Below are positions 26,427 through 34,499 of a stretch of DNA of 63,535 nt, piece by piece. Position 1 is the stretch's first letter, and each line of letters opens with the position of its first letter. The notes beneath the pieces are model-generated. The model was not told the DNA's origin. It did no database searches and worked only from the letters and a program-made list of their open reading frames with translations. Source of the stretch: Eubacteriales bacterium (GTDB taxonomy: Bacteria; Bacillota; JASUSC01); the NCBI GenBank assembly GCA_030446285.1, contig JASUSC010000001.1, forward strand, positions 1 through 63,535, written 5' to 3'. The translations under genes and the position numbers were made by a program.

Positions 26427-26494
26427 GTTGGGGGTATTAGGGTAGACGTTTGCTTTACGGGCTGTTCGAGTTTTTTGAGGTCATAGATTTTGCC

Positions 26495-27503
26495 CTAGTA
26501 GCAGGCCTGCGGGCGGCCGTCAGAGTAGGTATGAACCTGGACCTTGGTTTTTGGCGTAGGCAAAACCACCCGGTTATTTTCGACTGAGTGATAGGTTTTA
26601 CCGCGAAAGGAAATAGTAGAGCCGTAGGAAGCGAGCCGGATTTCTTTGCGGCAGAAGATTTGGTTGAGAGCTTCGAGATGGGGATCAGCTCTGTAGGCAG
26701 GTGATGGGACTTTAGGGGCGACCAGGAATTTTTGGTTGTGGTTGGGGAGGTAGGATTTTGAGAAGTCATTAGCTTCTTCTAGGGAGCAGATGTGAGCCGG
26801 GCGCATTTCGATAATAGGGCGGTCTTGGAAGTACGGAAGAGGCGTTTACCTTAGCTTTAGCTTGTGGGGAGCGAGCTTTGATGTGGGGGATGTTAAGCTC
26901 GGAGATGGCTCTGCCGAACTAGGTAAGAGGGGCTTTTACTCCAGCGAGTTCATCTTCGAGGCGGGAGGTAGCTCCTAAGACTTTGGTGGTGGCATCAGCG
27001 ATAGCAGCAGTGAGGGTAAGGGCAGGTCCTCTGTTTTCCAGCCAGGGATGTTGGCTGGCATCGAGTTGGATAAGGAGGCCTTCTTGGGGCATACGTTCTT
27101 TGGGGCGGCGTTTATGGGGTCTGGGTTTTCGACTGTTTTCGATTCCGGCGGTTTTGGGGATTCTGCGGACGAAGGAAACGCTGAAATGGATGCCGTCATG
27201 TTCAGCGGGGAAGTTGGTGATATAACTGTAGTTGGCTCCGTGGTATTTAGTTGAGGATAGGTGGACGACCTGTTTTTTTGACGGAGTGGAGGAGAGCGTG
27301 TTTTGGCTTGCGACCATGGTTTTTATGAACGAGGAAGGCTACTCCTTGTTCCTTAACCCCTTTTTTCAGTTTTTTACATGCCGTTCACTCAAACCCAGAA
27401 TTTTCGCCGCTTCACCCACGGACAAGTTACCTGCGATAAGCTGGGTGATAACCATAAGTCTTTTTGCTTCCTTTTTACTCAAGACGATTCTCGCCTTGCT
27501 CAT
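26495..27503 (-). pseudogene. rve-type DDE transposase wreck (ISNCY/IS1202-like)
   Basis: The N-terminal HTH MSKARIVLSKKEAKRLMVITQLIAGNLSVGEAAKILGLSERHVKN ends in a stop. The middle part (..KRRPKERMPQEGLLIQLDASQHPWLENRGPALTLTAAIADATTKVLGA) and the C-terminal part (..SLEEANDFSKSYLPNHNQKF..TISFRGKTYH) lie in different frames. Possible element ends are GGGTAGACGTT (~26437) and its partial inverse AATGTCTATCC (~27612). Confidence 0.8.
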
Positions 27504-27571
27504 GGTGACATTTTTTCAGAAATTCTAAGGCGACAATATCATAGACGAATAACAAAGGCACCTACTAAATC

Positions 27572-27600
27572 TTGACACGGACGTTTCTATGGAGTATACT
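27572..27600 (+). promoter_or_regulatory. near-consensus sigma-A promoter facing the hydrogenase operon
   Basis: TTGACA - 17 nt - TATACT, located at or inside the right end of the IS wreck and ~520 nt upstream of the first hydrogenase codon. Confidence 0.55.
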
Positions 27601-28117
27601 TTCACCTAGTGAATGTCTATCCTGACGGGTGTTTTTGGGCTGCTCTATCCTTTCTCCAAAAAGTTCTGCAGTGCCTTCATGACCTGCACCTGCTGCCGCT
27701 CTGAAAGCTACTTCACAGGAGAACCCCCGGCGACATCAGCACTCTTGCACTACTCCCTTCATCGTCACCGCGGACAAGCTAACTCCCGCCGGGAAGGGAG
27801 CGGAAACTGGGGGTGAGAGCGAGGTCCTTGACTCCGGAGGGGTAGGGGACGCGGTCAAGCGGAAAGGCTTGTGCGAAAAGTCCCCCGACTGTAGAGCGTG
27901 CGTTCTTTTTTGCGTTTTTCTTGCCCGCGGGAAGGGGACGGGGCTGCCCGTCCTGGGGCGCACCGAGACAGTCCCGTCGCTAGGCGGGACCCGAACCACG
28001 ATGGGCTATGAGCCTGGGGGAACCTGGAGGAGTTCGTCGGGGAACCCCGGGGCCAGAGCAGGGGTCTCAGGAAAGCATGGCTGCGACGAAGTTCGAGGTC
28101 GCGGGTAATCAATTTCC

Positions 28118-30037
28118 GTGGGGAGGTGTCTTTTGTCAGTGGAGGCGTTTGTGCTTTCGAAAAACGAGTTGGGCGGCTTCTTAGAGAAACTCAAGGAAGA
28201 CTATGAAGTGTTGGGGCCAGTAGCCAAGGACACGGAGTTCGTCTTCGCCCAGGTTGGCTCTGTTGAAGAACTCCGTCTTGACTACGACACCACCATCCTC
28301 CCGCCCAAGAAATACTTCCACCGGCCTGTAGAAACCCTCTTCAAGTTCTCGGGGCCCACCGAGATCACGGAGAGCGGTGAACCTGTCCGGAAGCAAGTCA
28401 TTTTCGGGATTCATCCTTGCGATCTTAACGCCCTCTTGAGCCTCGATCAGGTTTTCCTCGGCACTTATCCCGACCCTTACTACAAGGCACGCCGCGAGAA
28501 CTCCGTAATCATCGGCCTCAACTGCACGAAGCCGTGCGAAAAGGGCTTCTGCTCTTCCTTCAACACGGGCCCCGCAATGGACACCGGCTTCGACCTTGCC
28601 CTTACCGACCTTGGGGACAAGTTCCTCGTAGAGGTGGGGACCCTGAAAGGGAAAGAGCTGGCGACAGGTCTTGCTGCTGCCTCGACCGAGGATGTAGTGA
28701 CTAAGAACAGGCTACTCCGGGCTTCGCAGGAGAAGATGAAGCGCCGCCTCGAGACCGAAGGGTTGGCAGAGCTTCTCTACCAGAACACGGAGCACCCCGT
28801 CTGGGAGAAACTGAAGGAAGAGTGTCTTGCCTGCGGGACGTGCACCACGGTCTGCCCCACCTGCTTCTGCTTTGGCGTCAAGGACTATGTCGACCTCACT
28901 CTCAAGAACGGGGAGCGGCCGCGGACCTGGGATTCCTGCATGTTCTACGAATTTTCGCGCGTCGCTCTTGACCACATTTTCCGCCCCGACCGCGCGGCGC
29001 GGGTCAAGCAGCGCATCTACCACAAGCTCGTCTACTTCAACCAGCAGTTCGGCACCACAGGGTGCGTCGGGTGTGGCCGCTGCGTTTCTACCTGCATTAA
29101 GAGCATCGACCCGGTAGAGATCGTCGCTGCCATCCGGGAGAACCCCAGCCCGCCTAAGGAGGTAAAGCTTTTCACCCCGGTGATCAAGAAGGTGACCCCG
29201 GAGAAGAGTCCCTGGGAGCCGCAGAAGGCGGTCATCAAGGCGATCAAGCCGCAGACGAAGGATACCACCACCTATACCTTCTCCTTTGTTGATCCCAAGG
29301 TCCAGGAGGCCTACACCTTCGAACCTGGTGTCTTCAACATGATCAGCATCTTCGGTATCGGCGAGGCCCCCATCTCCATCAGCTCGTCTCCCGATGTGAA
29401 GGACTCCTTCGACCACACTATCCGCGCCGTCGGGAACGTGACGAATGCCCTTGCCAAGCTCAAGGTGGGTGACATCGTCGGCATCCGTGGGCCCTTCGGC
29501 ACCGGTTGGCCGGTTGAAGAGATGAAGGGCAAGAATGTGCTGCTGGTCGCAGGCGGGATTGGTCTAGCCCCGCTGCGCCCGGTGATCAAGTGGATCCAAG
29601 CACGCCGCGACCAGTACGGCTTCTTCGAGATCTTGTACGGGGCGCGCACCCCGAACGACATGCTGTTTACTGATGAGTTCGAGGAATGGCGCAAGATCCC
29701 GAACACCCGCCTTCTGCTCACTGTTGACATGGTGCCGCCTGGCGTGGAGTGGAGTCATAACATCGGTGTCGTCACTACCCTATTTGACAAAATGCACTCC
29801 AGGCCGGAGAACACCATCATGATTACCTGCGGCCCCGAGATCATGATGAAGTTCGTTGTCCGCGATCTCCTGGCACGGGGCTTTGCGCCAGAGCAGATCT
29901 TCGTCTCGCTCGAGCGGCGCATGAGCTGCGGGATCAAGAAGTGCGGCAACTGCCAGATTGGCCCTGTTTTCGTCTGCCAGGACGGCCCTGTCTTCCGGTA
30001 CGCGGACCTCATGAACCTCCCCGAGGAGATCTTTTAA
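28118..30037 (+). CDS. group 3b [NiFe] hydrogenase fused beta (AsrA-like 4Fe-4S) and gamma (AsrB-like FAD/NAD(P)/2Fe-2S) subunit
   Basis: The N-terminal half carries CLACGTCTTVCPTCFC and CVGCGRCVSTC. The C-terminal half carries the flavin-reductase fold (GEAPISISS, LLVAGGIGLAPLRPV) and the terminal CGIKKCGNCQIGPVFVCQDGP cluster motif, all in one uninterrupted 639-codon frame. The likely start is the GTG at 28139, after GGGAGGTG. Confidence 0.85.
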   Translation: MGRCLLSVEAFVLSKNELGGFLEKLKEDYEVLGPVAKDTEFVFAQVGSVEELRLDYDTTILPPKKYFHRPVETLFKFSGPTEITESGEPVRKQVIFGIHPCDLNALLSLDQVFLGTYPDPYYKARRENSVIIGLNCTKPCEKGFCSSFNTGPAMDTGFDLALTDLGDKFLVEVGTLKGKELATGLAAASTEDVVTKNRLLRASQEKMKRRLETEGLAELLYQNTEHPVWEKLKEECLACGTCTTVCPTCFCFGVKDYVDLTLKNGERPRTWDSCMFYEFSRVALDHIFRPDRAARVKQRIYHKLVYFNQQFGTTGCVGCGRCVSTCIKSIDPVEIVAAIRENPSPPKEVKLFTPVIKKVTPEKSPWEPQKAVIKAIKPQTKDTTTYTFSFVDPKVQEAYTFEPGVFNMISIFGIGEAPISISSSPDVKDSFDHTIRAVGNVTNALAKLKVGDIVGIRGPFGTGWPVEEMKGKNVLLVAGGIGLAPLRPVIKWIQARRDQYGFFEILYGARTPNDMLFTDEFEEWRKIPNTRLLLTVDMVPPGVEWSHNIGVVTTLFDKMHSRPENTIMITCGPEIMMKFVVRDLLARGFAPEQIFVSLERRMSCGIKKCGNCQIGPVFVCQDGPVFRYADLMNLPEEIF

Positions 30038-30050
30038 GGAGGTGTGCTAG

Positions 30051-30815
30051 GTGGCAAAACCCAGGATCGCCTTCTTCAAGTTCAGTTCCTGCGCGGGATG
30101 CCAGCTCTCCGTCCTCAACCTCGAAGAGCACCTGCTCGACATCTTTGGGGCAGTTGATATTGCCTACTTTGTGATGGCGAAGCGGGAGAACCACGAGGGG
30201 CCCTACGACGTGGGCTTTGTGGAGGGAGCAGTAACTACTCCGCGGGAAGTGCAGGAGCTCAAGAAGATCCGGGAAGAGTGCAAGTTCCTCGTGGCGATGG
30301 GTACCTGTGCCTGCACGGGCGGCATCCCCTCCATGAAGAACTTCGCCGGGACGCAGCGGCAGATGGAGGAAAAGGTCTACACCGAGCTCTGGGACATCCA
30401 GTCCATTCCCGCCCACGGCATCGATTATTACGTGAAGGTTGACGCCTACCTGCGTGGGTGTGCGGTCGACCTCGGGGAGCTTGTGGAGCTTTTGAAGAGT
30501 CTGCTCCTCGGTGTTAGCCCCCATTTCCGGCCGCACGCTGTGTGCAACGAATGCAAGCTGAAGGAGAACGTTTGCCTCCTTGTGCACAAGGGCAAGCCGT
30601 GCATGGGGTCGGTCACTGCTGCGGGTTGCGGTGCCCTCTGCCCCAGCCTCAACCGCCCGTGTGAAGGCTGCCGGGGACCGGCGAACGACGCCAACACCGT
30701 ATCTCTCGCCCAGAAGTTCCTTGAACTGGGTCTGACACGGGAAGACGTGCGCAGGAAGTTCCTCAAGTACGCCGGGAACACGCCGGAGTTCAGAAGGGGG
30801 GCTGAGGCCGTATGA
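30051..30815 (+). CDS. group 3b [NiFe] hydrogenase small (delta) subunit
   Basis: KFSSCAGCQLSVLN, GTCACTGGIPSM and a C-terminal Cys-rich FeS cluster region (CNECKL..C..GSVTAAGCGALCPSLNRPCEGC). AAGGAGGTG RBS, GTG start. Confidence 0.88.
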   Translation: MAKPRIAFFKFSSCAGCQLSVLNLEEHLLDIFGAVDIAYFVMAKRENHEGPYDVGFVEGAVTTPREVQELKKIREECKFLVAMGTCACTGGIPSMKNFAGTQRQMEEKVYTELWDIQSIPAHGIDYYVKVDAYLRGCAVDLGELVELLKSLLLGVSPHFRPHAVCNECKLKENVCLLVHKGKPCMGSVTAAGCGALCPSLNRPCEGCRGPANDANTVSLAQKFLELGLTREDVRRKFLKYAGNTPEFRRGAEAV

Positions 30816-32125
30816 GCGAGAGGAGGATCTTTGTCGACTACCTCGCCCGGATGGAAGGGGACGGGGCGATTGACATCATCATCGGCCCGAACGGGGAACT
30901 CAAGAAGGCGCGCTGGGAAGTGTGGGAGCCGCCGCGCTTCTTCGAGGCCTTCCTCGTGGGCCGGAAAGCCGAGGAAGTGCCTGAGATCGTGCAGCGGATC
31001 TGCGGCATCTGCCCCCATGCCCACCACATCACTGCCCTCCGGGCACTGGAGCGGGCGATGGGGGTGCAAGTGAGCGAGCAGACGGTCCTGCTCCGGGAGC
31101 TGATGCACTACAGCGACTGGATCATGAGCCACACCCTGCACGTGTACTGCCTTGCGGCTCCTGACTTCCTCGGCTACGAAAGCGTTATCGCCATGGCCGA
31201 GAACCCGGAACTGCTGCCGACTGTCCAGAAAGCGCTCCAGCTCAAGCGTCTCGCCAACGACATGATCGTAGCCATCTGCGGGCATGAGATCCAGAACAGG
31301 ACCTCGGTCGTCGGCGGCTTTACCGCAGTACCCGACGGCGCTACCCTGCGCGCCCTTAAGGAGCGCCTGAAGGCAGCGAAGGAGTTTGCCTACGAGACCG
31401 TGAAGCTGGCGGCGAAGCTCGCTTCCCAGCCTCCTTGCCCGGATCTCGTGCGCAAGTGCGAGCACGTATCGTTGCACGACGACACGAAGTACGCCATCAA
31501 CGATGGGCGGCTCGTCTCCACGGAGGGTCTCAACGTACCCGACTGGGAGTACCCAGTCTGGCTTATTGAGAAGCACGTCCCGAGCTGCAACTGCAAGCAC
31601 GCTATCATCAAGGGGCGCGACTCCTTCATGGTCGGCCCGCTACCGCGCGTCAACAACAACTTCGAGCAGCTCTCGGCAGACGCCAAGGCAGCAGCCAGGG
31701 AGGTCGGCTTCAGCGTCCCGTGCTTCAACCCCTTCATGAGCATCGTGGCGCGGGCGATCGAGATCGTCCACTCCATCGACAGGTCGATCGAGCTCATCGA
31801 TGAGCTCGGTGAGCCGAAGTACGAGGAGCCGAAGTTCGAGTACAAGGCGGGCGAGTCGTACGCCATCACCGAGGCAGCGCGGGGCATCTGCTGCCACGGC
31901 GGGCGCATCGACAAGGACGGCGTGGTGCAGAAGTGGGACATCGTCGCGCCCACGGCGCGCAACGTCTACAACCTCGAGAAGGATTTCGAAGAGTTCGTGC
32001 CCAAGCTCCTCCACCTCCCCGACGACAAGCTCACCCTGCTCTGCGAGATGATGGTCCGCAACTACGACCCGTGCCAGTCGTGTGCCACCCACTCCCTGAA
32101 GGTGCGCATCCGCCGGGAAGGCTAA
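30812..32125 (+). CDS. group 3b [NiFe] hydrogenase large (alpha) subunit
   Basis: N-terminal ARMEGDG..PRFFE..RICGICPHAH and C-terminal DPCQSCATH Ni-Fe ligand motifs; 437 aa. The start overlaps the delta-subunit stop (ATGA). Confidence 0.92.
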   Translation: MSERRIFVDYLARMEGDGAIDIIIGPNGELKKARWEVWEPPRFFEAFLVGRKAEEVPEIVQRICGICPHAHHITALRALERAMGVQVSEQTVLLRELMHYSDWIMSHTLHVYCLAAPDFLGYESVIAMAENPELLPTVQKALQLKRLANDMIVAICGHEIQNRTSVVGGFTAVPDGATLRALKERLKAAKEFAYETVKLAAKLASQPPCPDLVRKCEHVSLHDDTKYAINDGRLVSTEGLNVPDWEYPVWLIEKHVPSCNCKHAIIKGRDSFMVGPLPRVNNNFEQLSADAKAAAREVGFSVPCFNPFMSIVARAIEIVHSIDRSIELIDELGEPKYEEPKFEYKAGESYAITEAARGICCHGGRIDKDGVVQKWDIVAPTARNVYNLEKDFEEFVPKLLHLPDDKLTLLCEMMVRNYDPCQSCATHSLKVRIRREG

Positions 32126-32599
32126 ATGAGGCGAGCGGTCCTTGTGCTCGGGTGCGGGAATCCTTTTGCGGGTGATGATGCCGTAGGGCTCCACGTTGTC
32201 CAGGCCCTGAAGGAAGGAGAACTCCCCGCAGGGGTGAATGTGGTTGAGGCTGGTACTCCCGGCCTCAACCTTCTTGATTTCTGGGAAGGTTACGACCGGG
32301 TCGTGGTTGTGGATGCGGTGTGGGCGGAGTTGCCCCCTGGTACAGTCCGCTTCTTCAGCCCTGAAGACCTCGAGAAACGCCTCGCGTTCCCCGTCTCACA
32401 GCACGGCTTCAACGTGGCGGACGCCTTGGAGTTGGGGCGGCTCCTCGGGAGGCTGCCGCGTTACCTCATTTTCCTGGGCATCGTTGTGCGGGAGTGCGTT
32501 CCTTTCCGGGTCGGTTTAAGCCGGGAGGTGGAGGCGGCCGTTCCCCTTGCCTGTGCCGTCCTCCGCGCGGAGGTGGCGCGGCTTCTCGAGCTCCCGTAG
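32126..32599 (+). CDS. hydrogenase maturation endopeptidase (HycI/HoxW type)
   Basis: VLVLGCGNPFAGDDAVGLHVV; 157 aa; directly after the large subunit. Confidence 0.85.
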   Translation: MRRAVLVLGCGNPFAGDDAVGLHVVQALKEGELPAGVNVVEAGTPGLNLLDFWEGYDRVVVVDAVWAELPPGTVRFFSPEDLEKRLAFPVSQHGFNVADALELGRLLGRLPRYLIFLGIVVRECVPFRVGLSREVEAAVPLACAVLRAEVARLLELP

Positions 32600-32654
32600 T
32601 TTTTAATTTGCGGCTGGGATTGGTACAGTAGAAAGAAAAAGGGCGGGAGGAGAG

Positions 32655-32996
32655 TTGCACGAACTTTCGCTGATTGAGAGCGTGGCCCGGCTCCTCAAGA
32701 GGAGCGCCGCGGAGAATGGGATCAAGAGGATCACGCGGGTTTGCCTTGTCGTGGGGAAGCTGACGATGGCTCTCCCAGAAGCGCTCCAGTTTGCCTTTGA
32801 GACGCTAAAGAAGGACGAACTTTTCCGGGAGGCGGTGCTGGAAATCAGGGAAGAGCCTGTTTCCTGCCAGTGCCAGCAGTGCCAGCACAGCTTCACCCCA
32901 GAGGATTTCGAGTTCTGGTGCCCTTCTTGCGGCAGCCCCCAGGTGAAGATCACCGGGGGCAGGGAGCTTTACATCGAATTTTACGAAGGAGAATAG
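32655..32996 (+). CDS. hypA: hydrogenase nickel incorporation protein HypA
   Basis: (M)HELSLIESV N-terminus (TTG start) and a CxxC..CxxC zinc site (CQQCQHSF..CPSCGS); 113 aa. Confidence 0.9.
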   Translation: MHELSLIESVARLLKRSAAENGIKRITRVCLVVGKLTMALPEALQFAFETLKKDELFREAVLEIREEPVSCQCQQCQHSFTPEDFEFWCPSCGSPQVKITGGRELYIEFYEGE

Positions 32997-33001
32997 GCGC
33001 G

Positions 33002-33700
33002 ATGGTGAAGGTTCGGATTGCTGCTCCTGTGCTTCAGGAAAACAGTGCTGCCGCCGCGGAGAACAGAAGCCTCTTTCAAGAGCTGGGGCTCTTTGTCGTC
33101 AACCTCATGAGTTCTCCAGGCTCCGGGAAGACCAGCATCCTCGAGCGTACCCTCAGCCACCTCCCGGCTGACTTGAAGGTGGGGGTGATCGAGGGGGATA
33201 TCTACACCACCAAGGACGCGGAGCGGGTTGCCGCCCATGGCGTCCCCGTGGTGCAGATCAACACCGCCGGGGCCTGTCACCTCGATGCCCGGATGGTAAA
33301 GGCTGCCCTTGAGGACCTGCCTCTTAAGGAGCTCGACCTCCTCCTTGTGGAGAACGTGGGGAACCTCATCTGTCCCGCGGAATTCGACCTCGGGGAGGAT
33401 GCGCGAGTGGTAGTCTTGAGTGTCACCGAGGGGGCGGACAAGCCGCTCAAGTACCCCCTCGTTTTCCGGCTTGCCGCCGTGGCGCTGGTGAATAAGACGG
33501 ATCTCCTGCCCTACACCGACTGCGACCTCGACGCCTTGTGCCGGGATCTGCGGGTTGTGAACCCCGAACTCACCATCTTTCCAGTCTCCGCGCGTCTTGA
33601 CACCGGGTTCGCCCCATGGGTGAAATGGCTAAGGGAACGCGTCCGGATCAAGAAGGGGCGGGGTGGGGGTTCGCACGAACAGGAATCGGCAGGTATTTAG
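33002..33700 (+). CDS. hypB: hydrogenase nickel incorporation GTPase HypB
   Basis: SSPGSGKTS P-loop, ENVGNLICPAEFDLGE and NKTDLL. There is no N-terminal CxxCGC or His-rich stretch. Confidence 0.9.
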   Translation: MVKVRIAAPVLQENSAAAAENRSLFQELGLFVVNLMSSPGSGKTSILERTLSHLPADLKVGVIEGDIYTTKDAERVAAHGVPVVQINTAGACHLDARMVKAALEDLPLKELDLLLVENVGNLICPAEFDLGEDARVVVLSVTEGADKPLKYPLVFRLAAVALVNKTDLLPYTDCDLDALCRDLRVVNPELTIFPVSARLDTGFAPWVKWLRERVRIKKGRGGGSHEQESAGI

Positions 33701-33834
33701 GGTGTTGCTCCTCCTTCCAGGACCCATCTACCGTTTTTCTTTTCAGCAGGCCTTAGCGCGAATGCGTTTCCCTGACGTTAATAAGTTTTTGTTAAGATTA
33801 ACTTGCCAGGATTTGCTTTTCTCCTGCCTGGCCT

Positions 33835-34100
33835 ATGAAGGAGGTCTTCGTGGGCTCACGTTATGACGTTGTCATCGTGGGTGCAGGCGGGGTTTTTTGT
33901 GTCCTTGCCCTGGCGAAAACAGGAGTTCCCGCGCGGGTCCTCATAACTCACTCAAGAAGAGGCGTGACCTCGAGCAGAGGTCCTGCCCAGTGCGGGAGAA
34001 GGGGGACGTCTGTCCCGCCACACGGTCGTTCTTGAAGAGGTCCTCCGGGAGAACGGCGGGATTGCCTTCGCCGCAGGAGAGCGACGCTGTTCTAGAATCT
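33835..34100 (+). pseudogene. FAD-dependent oxidoreductase N-terminal remnant
   Basis: YDVVIVGAGG dinucleotide-binding start followed by frame changes (..RDLEQRSCPVREKGDVCP..). No intact downstream domain is present. Confidence 0.55.
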
Positions 34101-34193
34101 GCGAGGACTTGCAGCTTAGCGGGGTTCCCTGGGGTATTGCCGGGGAACCCTTTTTTCGCTAGAATTCCTGCTAAGGAGAGAATTTTCGTCCAA

Positions 34194-34490
34194 GTGAGGA
34201 TCCGGGTAGTCGTTACCGAAGTTGGACCCGAAGTCTACCTTACTGATATGTTCGAGTTCGACGCGCCTCAGCGTACGGGCGTCTACTTCATCAACGATGC
34301 GGCAAAGGTGCTCGTCGACACCGCCTCCGCGGCCTTCTCTGAAAAGGTGCGGAAAGGGCTGCGCTTCCTGGGAGTCAGCGCGCTTGACTTTCTCGTTCTC
34401 ACTCACAACCACATCGACCATGCCGATGTCGCGGGCTGGTTCGCGGAGCTTTTCCCAGGCGCCCGCATCTGCAACAGCATAAAAAAGTAG
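34194..34490 (+). pseudogene. MBL-fold metallo-hydrolase, 5' fragment truncated at the IS30-like element
   Basis: VYFINDAAKVLVDTAS..LVLTHNHIDHADV (HxHxDH motif). The frame then runs into the IS end at 34500 after only ~98 codons. Confidence 0.65.
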
Positions 34491-34499
34491 AACCATAGC

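Noticed and set aside
26334-26486. 50-codon ORF (MSVNKVEGHFSPGMIWHRLVGG...) after an AGGAGGGGG motif
   Set aside because: The frame reads straight through the terminator stem and the T15 tract (giving poly-Phe). It is more likely part of a noncoding 3' region. It is mentioned only within the small-ORF/sRNA finding.
27600-28117. Known RNA families in the hydrogenase leader (RNase P, SRP, tmRNA, cobalamin, Moco, NiCo riboswitches; group II intron domain V)
   Set aside because: None of the signature sequences I can recall (GAGGAAAGUCC, GUCCGGAAGGAAGCAGC, the B12 box, the ACUGUAA-type cores, and so on) is present. The region is left as unclassified.
30446-31600. 384-aa minus-strand ORF (and similar 28712..29416, 30009..30587, 31640..32194) inside the hydrogenase genes
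   Set aside because: These ORFs are antisense to genes with unmistakable hydrogenase motifs. Their products are Arg/Pro/Gly/His-rich low-complexity sequence, typical of shadow ORFs in G/C-ending-codon DNA.
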